A DNA stretch of 64,000 nucleotides from an uncultured Candidatus Rokubacteria bacterium (GCA_963754315.1 CAVWFS010000007.1:320001-384000), one strand, 5' to 3'. Positions 40,137 to 50,091 are shown, counted from the stretch's first letter. Notes: a model not told the origin generated them from the sequence alone. Numbers and translations: made by a program.

Positions 40137-40824
40137 TCGGCGCCGCCATCTACGCCAGGAAGTCGACCGAGCAGAACGTCTCCGACGACGAGAAGTCGAT
40201 CACGCGCCAGGTCGAACGCGCCCGCGCCTATGCCGCGCGCAAGGGCTGGACCGTCGCCGAGGAGCACGTCTTCTCCGACGACGGGATCTCCGGCGGCGAG
40301 TTCGTCAAGCGGCCGGGACTGGTGCGCCTCACCGGGTCTGGTGCGCCTCACCGGGTCTGGTGCGCCTCATCAGTCGCCTTACGCCGCGGGCGCCTTTCGG
40401 CGTGGTCATCATGGCCGAAGAGTCCCGGCTCGGCCGCGGCGTCATCCAGACGGGCTGGGTGCTCAAGCAGATCATGGACGCCGGCGTGCGGATGTTCTTC
40501 TACGTGGAGGATCGTCGCTGGTCGACATGGCCGATACGTGGGCGGACGTGGCCGTGGCTGACCGACTGGCACGGGGCGCTGACCCGCCACCTCCTGCAGG
40601 CCCGGCCGATCCTCAAGAAGTTCCTGGAAGGGCGGCTCATCTTCGACCCCTTCGAGGACGCCGCGGCGGGGGTCCGGGGCTACGAGATTTGGGGGCAGGC
40701 CAGCTACGGCCGGCTGCTGGCCGAGATCGTCGCGGTCCCCAACCTGTCTAGTCAGATCGGGGCGGGTCTGGGTCAGTCCGGACGTTCCGAGGATGTGCCC
40801 GCTGTCGTGGAAGTGCCCGTGTGA
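40133..40824 (+). pseudogene. Large serine recombinase, frameshifted and internally deleted
   Basis: AAIYARKST (catalytic Ser), DDGISG and RPGL, then after the shift IMAEESRLGR. The recombinase and Zn-ribbon domains are absent and the sequence passes directly to a C-terminal-like segment. Confidence 0.78.
40313..40369 (+). repeat. 19-bp tandem repeat x3 inside the recombinase
   Basis: CCGGG[A/T]CTGGTGCGCCTCA at 40313, 40332 and 40351. Confidence 0.92.
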
Positions 40825-40833
40825 ATACGACAC

Positions 40834-43158
40834 TCAGCCGGAAACGTTCGGAGGTTCCGGGAGCGCGAGTTGGATATCCCAGAGAAGGGGATCGTGGGCA
40901 CGGCTCACTTCGTTCTCGATCAACCCACCACACTCCGGGCAGTAAAACTGACGGAACGCCACCGGATCATCAATGAAGCGCTGGGGGTCTCCGATCAGCG
41001 GGTTGGCGACCTGGATGGGACGGTCCACGCGCAAGGCGTGCGCCTTGTAGTTCTCCCTGGCCGGGCAAAGGGGATGGCCGCAGCGTGTGCAGGCCAGATG
41101 TGGGCGGCCGCTCACGGAGACGAGATCGAGATACTCCGTCACGCGCCTGAGCACTGGTGCGCGCTGCGCGGGCACCCGCGGCGAGTGTCCCAGCCGCTCG
41201 ACGATGGCCTGCCGGCGGAGCGCCTGGGTGGCTGATTGGTCGACAGTAAGGTCGTCGTCGTCCTCCCCGTGCAGCACGACCCGAAAGATGTCCCGGGCCG
41301 CCGCCCGCGATACGTCGCCGTTCTCGACGTCCCGGCGGACCACCTCCGCGTCGCGCTCCAGGGGATCGCCGTAGGCGGCCCCGGCGGCGAAGGCGACCTC
41401 GTAGATGTCGGTCGGCCCCTGCCGGATATCGGTCTGGCGCAACTGGAGCAGCTCGTCCTGGCCGCTCGTCTCGCTGATGTCAGCCGGTATCCGGCGCTCC
41501 TTGAACCAGCGGAGGATGTCCGTGTTGCGCTTGAACTCGTAGGCGTTGGTGCACGCGGGGTAGCCACCGTAGAGGCCGGGCGCGGTGGGAATGGCTGCCC
41601 CCGACGACTCGGTCTCGTGCACGATCTCAGGCGTGCCGTGAGGGACGAAGGCCGTGATGGCGGAGTTGCCACCACGGTACTTACCGGCACCTCCCGAGTC
41701 GGTATTCTCACGACGATACAGGGTCAAAATCGGGAAGCTCTGCTCGTTGTGCTCGACGTTGCCGATGCGACAAATGGGGCTGCGCACCTGGCCTCCGGTG
41801 GCGATGCCGTCCCGGAAGGAGAAGGCGCCGATGGCGCCGACCATGGGATCGAGGAGGAGATACCCGAACTGTTCGCCCCATTGGTCGATGCCCCGGAAAC
41901 AGGTGAGCGGAAACTGGCTGGTCCCGCCGATGCACATCACATCGCGTCGGAGCTCCGGGTCACAGGCCAGCAGTTTCGACAGGGTGTTGTAGGCGGGATA
42001 CAGGGAGATCTCCATCGCCTGCACGGGTGCCGTGCTCACCGACGCGGGGTGCGTGGCCGAGGTGAAGGCGCCGATCGCGGGGCGGAACTGGATGTGCCGG
42101 AGGGCCCCGCCGATGGCGTAGAGCTGGTCCCAGCACAGGAGTTCGTTCACGGCGGTGAGGATCGAGCCGCGCCATCCCGAATAGGTCGTGTTGATAGCCC
42201 CCGTTTGGCTCGCCGTGCCGGCGTTGTCGAAGAGGAGCTGGCTCCCTCGCTTTTCCATGGTGAGCAGCACCTGATAGGTGCTGCGATCCCCCACCCGCGC
42301 CACCTCCACGTAGGTGCGTTCGCGAAAGATTCCGTCGGGGAGCTTGGCCATCTTCTGGAGAAAGGCCACCTCGGCCGTGTCGATGATCCTGCGCATGACC
42401 CCCTTCACCACCTCGGGACCATAGCGCTCGATGAGCTTGGTGATGCGACGGCTCGCCGTCACGTTGCCGGCGATCTGGGCCCGGAGGTCGAGCGCGACCA
42501 GATAGGGCTTGCGCGAGGCGCGCAGGTAGATCCCCTCCACGTCGCGGCGCAGCTCACCGCGTTCGATGATCTTGACGGGCGGAATGAGAATGCCCTCGTC
42601 GAACGTGTCGCGTGCATTGGGGCAGAAGCTGCCCGGCGTAATCCCCCCCACGTCGTACTGGTGCAGCACGTTGGTGATCCAGCAGAAGAGCCGGCCCTCC
42701 CAGAAGACCGGACAGAGCAGGGTGACGTCCATCTGGTGGGCCGCGCCCACCCAGGGATCGTTCGACAAGAACATGTCCCCGTCGTGGATGCCGGGGTTCG
42801 CGCTGCGGTGCTCGAGCGTCCACTTCACCTGGACGTCGGAGACGCCTGACATGTAGAGCTGGTACGGACCGTAATAGATGAATTCGCCGTCCTCGGTGAA
42901 GATCGACGAGTTGAGGTCAAAGGCGTACATGGCCACCGGGGAACCAGAGATGCGCTGGATGGTCATCCCCAGTTCCTCGTTGATCGTCCACAGGTGATGC
43001 CGCACGACCTCGTAGGTGATGGGATCGACCTTGTCCGTCCACTCCGTGTGCAGGGCCAGGCTCGGGTCGATCTGGAGCGTTGGTCCGGGGATGTACGGAA
43101 ACGTGACGCCGTCGTAGGGTCCCCCGGCCACCGAGGACGGATGCGGGGTGTCAGCCAT
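40834..43158 (-). CDS. Hydantoinase B/oxoprolinase-family subunit with fused acetone-carboxylase gamma-like Zn domain
   Basis: VDPITYEV, NDPWVGAAHQMD, HQYDVGG and DSGGAGKYRGG; C-terminal CTRCGH...NYK...QFYCPECG. Confidence 0.85.
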   Translation of the reverse strand: MADTPHPSSVAGGPYDGVTFPYIPGPTLQIDPSLALHTEWTDKVDPITYEVVRHHLWTINEELGMTIQRISGSPVAMYAFDLNSSIFTEDGEFIYYGPYQLYMSGVSDVQVKWTLEHRSANPGIHDGDMFLSNDPWVGAAHQMDVTLLCPVFWEGRLFCWITNVLHQYDVGGITPGSFCPNARDTFDEGILIPPVKIIERGELRRDVEGIYLRASRKPYLVALDLRAQIAGNVTASRRITKLIERYGPEVVKGVMRRIIDTAEVAFLQKMAKLPDGIFRERTYVEVARVGDRSTYQVLLTMEKRGSQLLFDNAGTASQTGAINTTYSGWRGSILTAVNELLCWDQLYAIGGALRHIQFRPAIGAFTSATHPASVSTAPVQAMEISLYPAYNTLSKLLACDPELRRDVMCIGGTSQFPLTCFRGIDQWGEQFGYLLLDPMVGAIGAFSFRDGIATGGQVRSPICRIGNVEHNEQSFPILTLYRRENTDSGGAGKYRGGNSAITAFVPHGTPEIVHETESSGAAIPTAPGLYGGYPACTNAYEFKRNTDILRWFKERRIPADISETSGQDELLQLRQTDIRQGPTDIYEVAFAAGAAYGDPLERDAEVVRRDVENGDVSRAAARDIFRVVLHGEDDDDLTVDQSATQALRRQAIVERLGHSPRVPAQRAPVLRRVTEYLDLVSVSGRPHLACTRCGHPLCPARENYKAHALRVDRPIQVANPLIGDPQRFIDDPVAFRQFYCPECGGLIENEVSRAHDPLLWDIQLALPEPPNVSG

Positions 43159-43161
43159 GGC

Positions 43162-45273
43162 TCACTGTCCTCCGTGAAGATCGATCAGCACATTGCCGTA
43201 GGGATCGACGCGGGCGGCCTGCCCGGGATGGACGACGATCGTCGTGTCCGGGACCTGGATGACAGCCGGCCCTCTCACGATGTTACCCGCCTGCAGGCGA
43301 TTGCCCCAAAAGATCGGCGTGGTCTCGAACTCACTCGTTTCCGCCCAGTACACGGGCCGGGACGGCGCGCACGCGTCGGATGGCGGCATTGGGCCGTGCT
43401 CTTGTGCTGGCTGGAGGCGGGGCTTTGGGCTCACGGCTGACGTCCGCACGCGGTAGGTCACGATCTCCACCCGCGCCTCGCGGAAGCCTGCCCCGGGACC
43501 GTAGAGGTCCTCGTACCGCGCGTGAAAGGCGGCCACGAGCCCTTCGAGAGCAGCCGTTCCCAGCGGTCCGTCCGGTACGCCGACCTCGACCTCGTTGATC
43601 TGCCCCTTGTACCGTAAGTCGGCAGACCGCTGGATGCGGGCGGTCGTGAGATCGACGGCGTCCTCGCGGAGCTGAGCGACACCCTGTTCCTCCAACTGGG
43701 CGAAGACGGCATTGACCCGGGCCGGCTCGAACGGGTTGGCGAGGATGTCTACCGTCTCGTGGATATGCAGCAGGTCGGCAGCCGCGGCGCCAAGCGCCGA
43801 CCAGAGCGAGCACACGCCGCCAAGCGGCACGATGACAGACTGCGCGCCCAGTTCCCGCGCGTACACACCCGCATGGACTGGCCCCGCGCCTCCGTAGGCG
43901 AACACGACGAAGTCACGGGGATCGTACCCCTTCTGGACGGTGACCTTGCGGATGAGATCGGCCATCTGGTGCTCGACCACGCGCGCGGCGCCACTGGCCG
44001 TCTCGACGACCCCGAGACCGAGGCGACTGGCCAGAGGCGCCAGGCTGGCCAAGGCGGCCTCACGATCCAGACGCAAGCGCCCTCCCAGGAACTGCCCGGG
44101 ATCGAGGTAGCCAAGGACGAGGGCGGCATCGGTCACCGTGGGCTGCTGGCCTCCTCGCCCGTAGCACACGGGTCCCGGATCGGCCCCCGCCGACACAGGC
44201 CCGACGCGCAGGCTCCCGCTCGATTCGTCAAGCCAGATGATGCTGCCGCCGCCACTCCCGATGGAACGAATGTCGATCCGGGGGACGAAGTATTCGTACT
44301 GATTGACGACGCTCTGATAGCTCGCCACCGGCGCCCCGCCATGCACGAGCCCAACGTCGAACGACGTCCCCCCCATGTCGGTGGCGATCACATTCTTCTG
44401 GCCGAGCACCTCACCCAGGAACTGGGAGGCAAGCACGCCTGCCACTGGCCCGGAGTCCAGGGTCAGGAGCGGCTTTCGTGCAGCCTCGCCGGCCGGGACC
44501 ACGCCTCCCCCGCACTGCATGACCTGCACCGGGGTGGCCAGCCCTGCCCCACCGACCCGACGCCCCACCCTGTCCATGTACGAGGCAGTGACCGGCCCGA
44601 GGTAGGCGTTGATCACGGTCGCCGCCGTGCGTTCGTACTCGCCCCAGCGGGGAACCAGATCGACCGAGCAGCAGACGAAGACTCCGGGCGCCAGCTCCTC
44701 CACCATGGCCTTCACGCGGCGCTCGTGCGCGGGATGCTTGAAGGACCAGAGGAAACAGATGGCGATGGCCTCCACCCCCTTGGCAACCAGCCTTCGGATG
44801 GAGCGCTCTGCTTCCTCCTCGTTCAACTCGACCACCACGTCGCCCTTGCAGTCGACCCGCTCACTCACCTCCCCAATGAGGGTCTTGGGGACGATGGGGT
44901 CGGGCTTGTTGCTTTCGGGGAAGTGCAGCACCTTCTCGCTGGCCAGACCAGGAACCCCGCGCGCGCCCCGCATGATGTGGATGACGTCGCGATGCCCCTT
45001 GGTCGTGATCAGGCCCACCCGGGCACCGCGCCGCTGCAGGAGGGCGTTGGTGCCGACCGTAGTCCCGAGCGCGAGCCGCGCCGTGCGGCGGAGCACGGCT
45101 TCGGTAGTGAGTCCGAGCCTCTCGGCTACGAGGTCGAGAGCATCGAGGACGCCCGTCGAGAAATCGCGCGGCGTGGAGGGAGCCTTGGCGGTCACGATGC
45201 GCCCGCTGCCGTCGATGACCACGCAATCGGTGAAGGTCCCGCCCGTGTCGATTCCGCAGATGAAATCCTTCAT
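43162..45273 (-). CDS. Hydantoinase A/oxoprolinase-family ATP-binding subunit
   Basis: GIDTGGTFTD, SGPVAG, DMGGTSFD, GSGGGS, SAGADPGPVCYGRG and YGGAGP. Start ATG 45273. Confidence 0.9.
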   Translation of the reverse strand: MKDFICGIDTGGTFTDCVVIDGSGRIVTAKAPSTPRDFSTGVLDALDLVAERLGLTTEAVLRRTARLALGTTVGTNALLQRRGARVGLITTKGHRDVIHIMRGARGVPGLASEKVLHFPESNKPDPIVPKTLIGEVSERVDCKGDVVVELNEEEAERSIRRLVAKGVEAIAICFLWSFKHPAHERRVKAMVEELAPGVFVCCSVDLVPRWGEYERTAATVINAYLGPVTASYMDRVGRRVGGAGLATPVQVMQCGGGVVPAGEAARKPLLTLDSGPVAGVLASQFLGEVLGQKNVIATDMGGTSFDVGLVHGGAPVASYQSVVNQYEYFVPRIDIRSIGSGGGSIIWLDESSGSLRVGPVSAGADPGPVCYGRGGQQPTVTDAALVLGYLDPGQFLGGRLRLDREAALASLAPLASRLGLGVVETASGAARVVEHQMADLIRKVTVQKGYDPRDFVVFAYGGAGPVHAGVYARELGAQSVIVPLGGVCSLWSALGAAAADLLHIHETVDILANPFEPARVNAVFAQLEEQGVAQLREDAVDLTTARIQRSADLRYKGQINEVEVGVPDGPLGTAALEGLVAAFHARYEDLYGPGAGFREARVEIVTYRVRTSAVSPKPRLQPAQEHGPMPPSDACAPSRPVYWAETSEFETTPIFWGNRLQAGNIVRGPAVIQVPDTTIVVHPGQAARVDPYGNVLIDLHGGQ

Positions 45274-45356
45274 CGGTGTCCTCGTCCCCGACACGATACC
45301 TCCCACGCGTGCTGCCAGCAACGGGTTCGCCTCCTGGCGCAGCCGGCCCTGCTCAC

Positions 45357-46034
45357 CTAGCCGATCAGCCCGATAGCACGAGCGGCCAGCACAACCAGCA
45401 CCAGCAGCGCGAGACTCACCTGCAGCATCATGAGAAGCTTGAGGGGGCGGGCCAGCGGCACCGCGTCGCCCGGTCCCAAGGTACTCGACATGCAGAACGA
45501 CACGAACAGGTAGTCCACGAAGCCCGGGATCCAGCCCTCGTACCCGCGATACTGGACGTTGTTCTGGGGAAACACCAGCCACCACCGCAGCGGGGTCCCG
45601 GCCGCCCCCTGCACTTTTCGGGGATGGTCGAGGGTGGTGTACCACACAGTGAAGAGCAGCACCACCGAAACGTGGACGCAGGTCGCCTCCAGCAGCAAGT
45701 AGAGCGGATTGGCCTGGTGGCCGAAGAGCGTGGAGGCAACGAGGCTGATGATGTCCAGGATGAGCCCCAGCGTTTGCAGCGCCACCACGCCGATCGTCAG
45801 ACGTCGATGGTGCTCGCGGAACAGGAAAGGCCAGGTGACCAGCACGGCCACCGCGCACACCAGGTTGAGCTGGCTCAGGCGCGTCTCGAGGAACTGCACC
45901 GACGCGACGAGCGAGGGCTGTACATATGCCACCAGAGAGAGGGTTGACGCGGTGAACAGGTCGACCAGCACCACCACGCCGAGCGCGACCCCACAGGCCA
46001 GATCCACGGGGTGACGCGGTGCCGGCGCCTCCAC
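45357..46034 (-). CDS. DUF1345-like / channel-like membrane protein
   Basis: Multi-TM with WIPGFVDYLFVSF..SSTLGPGD.VPL.R..KLLMMLQ. Confidence 0.65.
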   Translation of the reverse strand: MEAPAPRHPVDLACGVALGVVVLVDLFTASTLSLVAYVQPSLVASVQFLETRLSQLNLVCAVAVLVTWPFLFREHHRRLTIGVVALQTLGLILDIISLVASTLFGHQANPLYLLLEATCVHVSVVLLFTVWYTTLDHPRKVQGAAGTPLRWWLVFPQNNVQYRGYEGWIPGFVDYLFVSFCMSSTLGPGDAVPLARPLKLLMMLQVSLALLVLVVLAARAIGLIG

Positions 46035-46047
46035 CCGCGCCGAGGGT

Positions 46048-47442
46048 CTAGCTGCGGTAACGGGACATCCCGCCTGCCTGCACGTCCTTGTTGAGCTTCT
46101 TGCTCAGATGAAGGCCCTCCAGGACAAACTCCACGGCGGACGCCACGCTGGCCGGATCCTGCGCGCCGAGCCTGGTCGCCGCTGTCCCGAGACTGCCGAC
46201 TTGTTTTGCCTGGCGAACGTAGTCTGCCGACGCCATGGTATCGGAAACGTCGATGCGCAGGCCCGCCTCGAAGGCCTTCACCACCTCCTCCAGCTCGGCC
46301 GTCTTGAAGCGCCGGTTGAAGACGTTGAGGACGGCCCGCTGCATCAGCTTGCCGAGCACCTTGTCCTCGCTCGTTTCGCCCAGGGTTTCGAGCTCGATCT
46401 TGCCGCTGGTCGAGGCCACGATGGCCCCGAGATCGCTCACCCGCGGCGCCGCCTCGCGCTCCCCCAGGCGGATGGCGCGCTTGAGGGCGCTGGAAACCAG
46501 GTTCTCGTAATTGCAGATGCTGACCCGCACCGACACCCCCGAGCGCTGGCTTATCTCGCCAGACTTGCGGGCCAGGTGCGTCAGCTCGGCCACCACCTGC
46601 TTCATGAAGTCGAGCGTGGTGGTCGTCATCCCGTCGCTGGCGAAGTGGGTTCGCTCGGCGTCCATGATGGCGATCTCGTCTTCCAGGCGGCGGGGATAGT
46701 GGGTACGGATCTGAGACCCGAACCGGTCCTTGAGGGGCGTGATGATGCGCCCCCGGTTGGTGTAGTCCTCGGGGTTGGCGCTGGCCACCACGTAGAGGTC
46801 GAGGGGCAGGCGAACCTTGTAGCCGCGGATCTGGACGTCGCGCTCCTCCATGATATTCAAGAGCCCGACCTGGATCCGCTCGGCGAGATCGGGCAGCTCG
46901 TTGATGGCGAAGATGCCCCGATTGGTGCGCGGCAGCAACCCATAGTGGATGGTCAGCTCGTCGGCCAGGTAGCGACCCTCGGCGACCTTGATGGGATCCA
47001 CTTCACCGATCAGATCGGCGATGGTGATGTCGGGAGTGGCCAGCTTCTCTCCGTAGCGGCGATCGCGCGGAAGCCACACGATCTCGGCCGCCTCACCCTT
47101 TTCGGCGAGCACGGCCCGGCCCGCCCCCGAGATCGGCGTCAAGGGGTCGTCGTTCAGCTCGCCGCCGGCCAGAACCGGGATGGCCTCATCGAGGAGATGG
47201 ACAAGCAAGCGGGCCATGCGCGTCTTGGCCTGGCCGCGCTCGCCCAGAAACACAATGTCCTGGCCGCTCAGAATCGCGTTCTCGATCTGGGGGATCACGC
47301 TGTCCTCGAAACCGACGATGCCCGGGAAGAGCGGCTCGCCGCGCCGCAAACGTCCGATCAGATTGTCGCGCAACTCCTCTTTGACCGATTTCGGGCGGTA
47401 TCCACTATCCTTCAACTCGCGAAGTGTGCGTGCTCTCGTCAT
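46048..47442 (-). CDS. ChlI/MoxR-related AAA+ ATPase (Rv0958-like 'magnesium chelatase' family)
   Basis: GERGQAKT, GEVDPIKVAEGR, FAINELPDL, ASANPEDYTNRGRIITPLKDRFG and SGVSVR. Confidence 0.88.
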   Translation of the reverse strand: MTRARTLRELKDSGYRPKSVKEELRDNLIGRLRRGEPLFPGIVGFEDSVIPQIENAILSGQDIVFLGERGQAKTRMARLLVHLLDEAIPVLAGGELNDDPLTPISGAGRAVLAEKGEAAEIVWLPRDRRYGEKLATPDITIADLIGEVDPIKVAEGRYLADELTIHYGLLPRTNRGIFAINELPDLAERIQVGLLNIMEERDVQIRGYKVRLPLDLYVVASANPEDYTNRGRIITPLKDRFGSQIRTHYPRRLEDEIAIMDAERTHFASDGMTTTTLDFMKQVVAELTHLARKSGEISQRSGVSVRVSICNYENLVSSALKRAIRLGEREAAPRVSDLGAIVASTSGKIELETLGETSEDKVLGKLMQRAVLNVFNRRFKTAELEEVVKAFEAGLRIDVSDTMASADYVRQAKQVGSLGTAATRLGAQDPASVASAVEFVLEGLHLSKKLNKDVQAGGMSRYRS

Positions 47443-47519
47443 GTCGATGGGTCCTGTCGGACCGGGGTTGGTGGCTGCACTCCCCGGTCGGTGATCGCGA
47501 TGGGACTGCTCACGCGGCC

Positions 47520-47587
47520 ACTCTGCGGCCTGCGCGCGGCGGTGTCAACACGCATGGTGACATCGCCGGCTCGCGGACTGCTACGAT
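47520..47587. promoter_or_regulatory. Divergent promoters between the AAA ATPase and the molybdopterin oxidoreductase
   Basis: Minus strand TTGACA-17 nt-CAGAGT; plus strand extended -10 TGCTACGAT at 47579-47587. Confidence 0.45.
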
Positions 47588-47619
47588 GGACAGTGACCCT
47601 CGGGAGGTAAGGAGAGGCC

Positions 47620-49647
47620 ATGAAGGTCCATCGCGCCAGTGTCTGTACGCTCGACTGCCCTGACACCTGCAGCCTCACGGTGACGATCGACGACGACCGA
47701 ATCGTCGAGGTGCGCGGGTCGCGCGCCAACCCCTACACGGCCGGCGTCATCTGCGCCAAGGTCGCGCGCTCTTATCCGGAGTTCGTCCACGGCTCCAGGC
47801 GGCTGCGGACGCCGCTCAGGCGTATCGGGGCCAAGGGCGACGCGCGCTTCGAGCCGATCAGCTGGGAGGAGGCGCTGTCCGTCGTGTACACCCGGTTCAC
47901 GAGCATCATGGCCACCCACGGCCCGCAGGCCATCGTGCCCTTCAACTACGCGGGCCCGCATGGCATGCTGGCCGGCGGCTCGATGGACCTCCGCTTCTTT
48001 CATAAGCTCGGGGCCAGCCTGCTCGATCGGAAGCCCCTGTGCGGGGGCATACGGACCGAGGCGTGGGTGGGCACCTTCGGGCCCGTGCCGGGCATGCCCC
48101 CCGAGCAGGCCGCCCATGCAAAGCTCATCATCGCGTGGGGAAATAACGTCACGTGGTCGAACTTGCACCTGATGCCCGTCATCAACCAGGCGCGTCGGGC
48201 AGGCGCCAAGCTGGTGGTGGTCGATCCGCGCCGCACCAAGATCGCCGAGCAGGCGGACCTGCATCTGGCCTTGCAGCCCGGGACGGACGTGGTGCTAGCC
48301 TGGGCGCTCGCGGCCGAGCTCGAGCGCCAGGGCGGCCTCGACCACGCCTTCATCGAACGCCACGTGGCAGGCTTCGAGCCCTACATGGAACGCGCACGCC
48401 GCGTGGACGTTTCAGAGGCGGCGCGCCTCTGCCGGGTGCCCGAGACGCAGATTCGTCAGCTGAGCAACTGGTATCAGGCCGCCTCACCGGCTGCCATCAG
48501 CGTGGGCAATGGCCTCGAGCGCAACCAGAACGGCGGAAGCGGCATTCGCGCCATTTTTGCCCTCCCGGCGCTGGCCGGCAAGTTCGGCATCCTGGGTGGG
48601 GGTCTCATCAATGGCGCCTCCTTCGCGTTTCCCAAGACGCCACGCCAGCTGCAGCGTCCGGATCTCGTACCAGCAGGAACGCGCACGCTCAACATCGTCG
48701 ACATCGGGCGCCACCTGACCGATCCCAACCTGACGCCTCCGATCAAGGCCCTCTTCATCTACAACCACAACCCGCTGATCGTGCATCCGGACCAGAACCG
48801 GCTGCGACGCGGTCTCGGGCGCGAGGATCTCTTCGTGGTCGGCGCTGACGTGGCGATGACGGACAGCCTGGCCTACGCCGACATCGTGCTCCCCGCTTGC
48901 AGCCACTTCGAGCATGACGACATCTTTGCGGCGTACGGGCATCAGTGGTTGCAGCGCTCCGAGGCGGTGATTCCCCGTCAAGGCCAGGCCCTTCCCAACA
49001 CCGAGATCTTTCGTCGTCTGGCTGCCCGTTTCGGCTTCACCGATGGGATTTTCGCGGCCACCGATGCCGAACTGATGGACGATGCCATCGACGGCTCCGA
49101 TCCTCGCCTGGGTGGCCTGCCTCCGCACCGTATCCCCACCGATCGCGCTCTGGCCATGACCGTGAACGGGGAGGAGGCCGTCCTCTTCGGCAACGTGTTT
49201 CCGAAGACGCCGTCGGGAAAGGTGGAGCTGTCCTCGACGTACCTGGACGAGAAGTACGGGGCGCTCTTGCCCACCTGGCGTCCATACGAGTCCAGCCTCC
49301 CCCTCACCTTGATCTCCCCGGCCTCCGATCACCGCATCACGTCGACCTTCGGGGGGGTGGCAGGAAGTGAGTCGACACCGCCTCTCGAGATGCACCCTGA
49401 GGACGCGCGCGTCCGGGGCCTCAGCGATGGTGTTCGGGTTCGGGTCTGGAACGAGCTGGGGGAGATTCACCTTCCCCTGAGAATCACGGATATCGTGGCC
49501 AAGGGGGTCGTGGCCACCCTGAAAGGCACCTGGCTCTCCACGAGCGACAACGGCCAGACCGTATCGGCGCTCTGCCCGGCTCACCACGCCGATATCTCGG
49601 AGGGAGCCTGCTTCAACGACACGCGCGTTGAGGTCGCGGCGTTGTAG
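47620..49647 (+). CDS. Molybdopterin (bis-MGD) oxidoreductase, YoaE-like, with N-terminal 4Fe-4S
   Basis: CTLDCPDTC...ICAK, VVDPRRT, PGTD, ADIVLPA, TPSGKVE and MHPEDA. Confidence 0.88.
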   Translation: MKVHRASVCTLDCPDTCSLTVTIDDDRIVEVRGSRANPYTAGVICAKVARSYPEFVHGSRRLRTPLRRIGAKGDARFEPISWEEALSVVYTRFTSIMATHGPQAIVPFNYAGPHGMLAGGSMDLRFFHKLGASLLDRKPLCGGIRTEAWVGTFGPVPGMPPEQAAHAKLIIAWGNNVTWSNLHLMPVINQARRAGAKLVVVDPRRTKIAEQADLHLALQPGTDVVLAWALAAELERQGGLDHAFIERHVAGFEPYMERARRVDVSEAARLCRVPETQIRQLSNWYQAASPAAISVGNGLERNQNGGSGIRAIFALPALAGKFGILGGGLINGASFAFPKTPRQLQRPDLVPAGTRTLNIVDIGRHLTDPNLTPPIKALFIYNHNPLIVHPDQNRLRRGLGREDLFVVGADVAMTDSLAYADIVLPACSHFEHDDIFAAYGHQWLQRSEAVIPRQGQALPNTEIFRRLAARFGFTDGIFAATDAELMDDAIDGSDPRLGGLPPHRIPTDRALAMTVNGEEAVLFGNVFPKTPSGKVELSSTYLDEKYGALLPTWRPYESSLPLTLISPASDHRITSTFGGVAGSESTPPLEMHPEDARVRGLSDGVRVRVWNELGEIHLPLRITDIVAKGVVATLKGTWLSTSDNGQTVSALCPAHHADISEGACFNDTRVEVAAL

Positions 49648-49656
49648 ACTGCTCGC

Positions 49657-50091
49657 GTGCGTTGCGCCCGGCGCCGGTGGTCAGTGGTCCTGGTCACGGG
49701 TCTCTTGAGTGTCCTGGCCGCAGCGGCCGACGCCGAGCACGAGGTGTTCTATCGCTACATCGTGCTCGGTTACGTCAAGGATTCGGGTGGTGTTCCAATG
49801 AGTGGGGTTCAGCTCGAACTCATTCGCGACAAGACCGGGTTCTCCTACCTCGGCCACACCGGGCCCGACGGGTTCTTTCTCATCGTGGCGCGCCTGGGTG
49901 ACGAGAGCATGGGAGAGCGCCTCACCCTGCGCATGGGCCAGGTCACGACGGTCATTACGACTCGCTTCGACCCGACCAATCACGCCGACCACCGGGGGAC
50001 ACGGGTCGATGTCCAGGGACGCACTTTCCAGGAGAGCGCCGCCTCCTTCAAGACGACCTTGGCGCACTTCCTGGGTACTCCATCGCGCTGA
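49657..50091 (+). CDS. Hypothetical exported protein (small beta-sandwich)
   Basis: Signal peptide ending ADA; VLGYVKDSGGVPMSGV...TGPDGFF. Confidence 0.6.
   Translation: MRCARRRWSVVLVTGLLSVLAAAADAEHEVFYRYIVLGYVKDSGGVPMSGVQLELIRDKTGFSYLGHTGPDGFFLIVARLGDESMGERLTLRMGQVTTVITTRFDPTNHADHRGTRVDVQGRTFQESAASFKTTLAHFLGTPSR

Larger units (their letters stand above)
38558..40824. mobile_element. Decayed integrative element / prophage-like remnant (boundaries approximate)
   Basis: Xre HTH, DUF3102-like gene and broken large serine recombinase, preceded by a gene fragment. Confidence 0.5.

Noticed and set aside
40730..40834. tRNA or att site after the recombinase
   Set aside because: No tRNA-like sequence was seen, and I found no matching direct repeat at the other end of the element.
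46048..47442. True magnesium chelatase / photosynthesis gene
   Set aside because: No chlH/chlD or pigment genes; the motifs fit the Rv0958-like AAA+ family found in non-phototrophs.
24685..47610. Many long overlapping ORFs opposite real genes (e.g. 24685..26655, 28873..30720, 41236..42849, 43759..45360, 46108..47610)
   Set aside because: Typical high-GC antisense shadow frames with no recognisable motifs.
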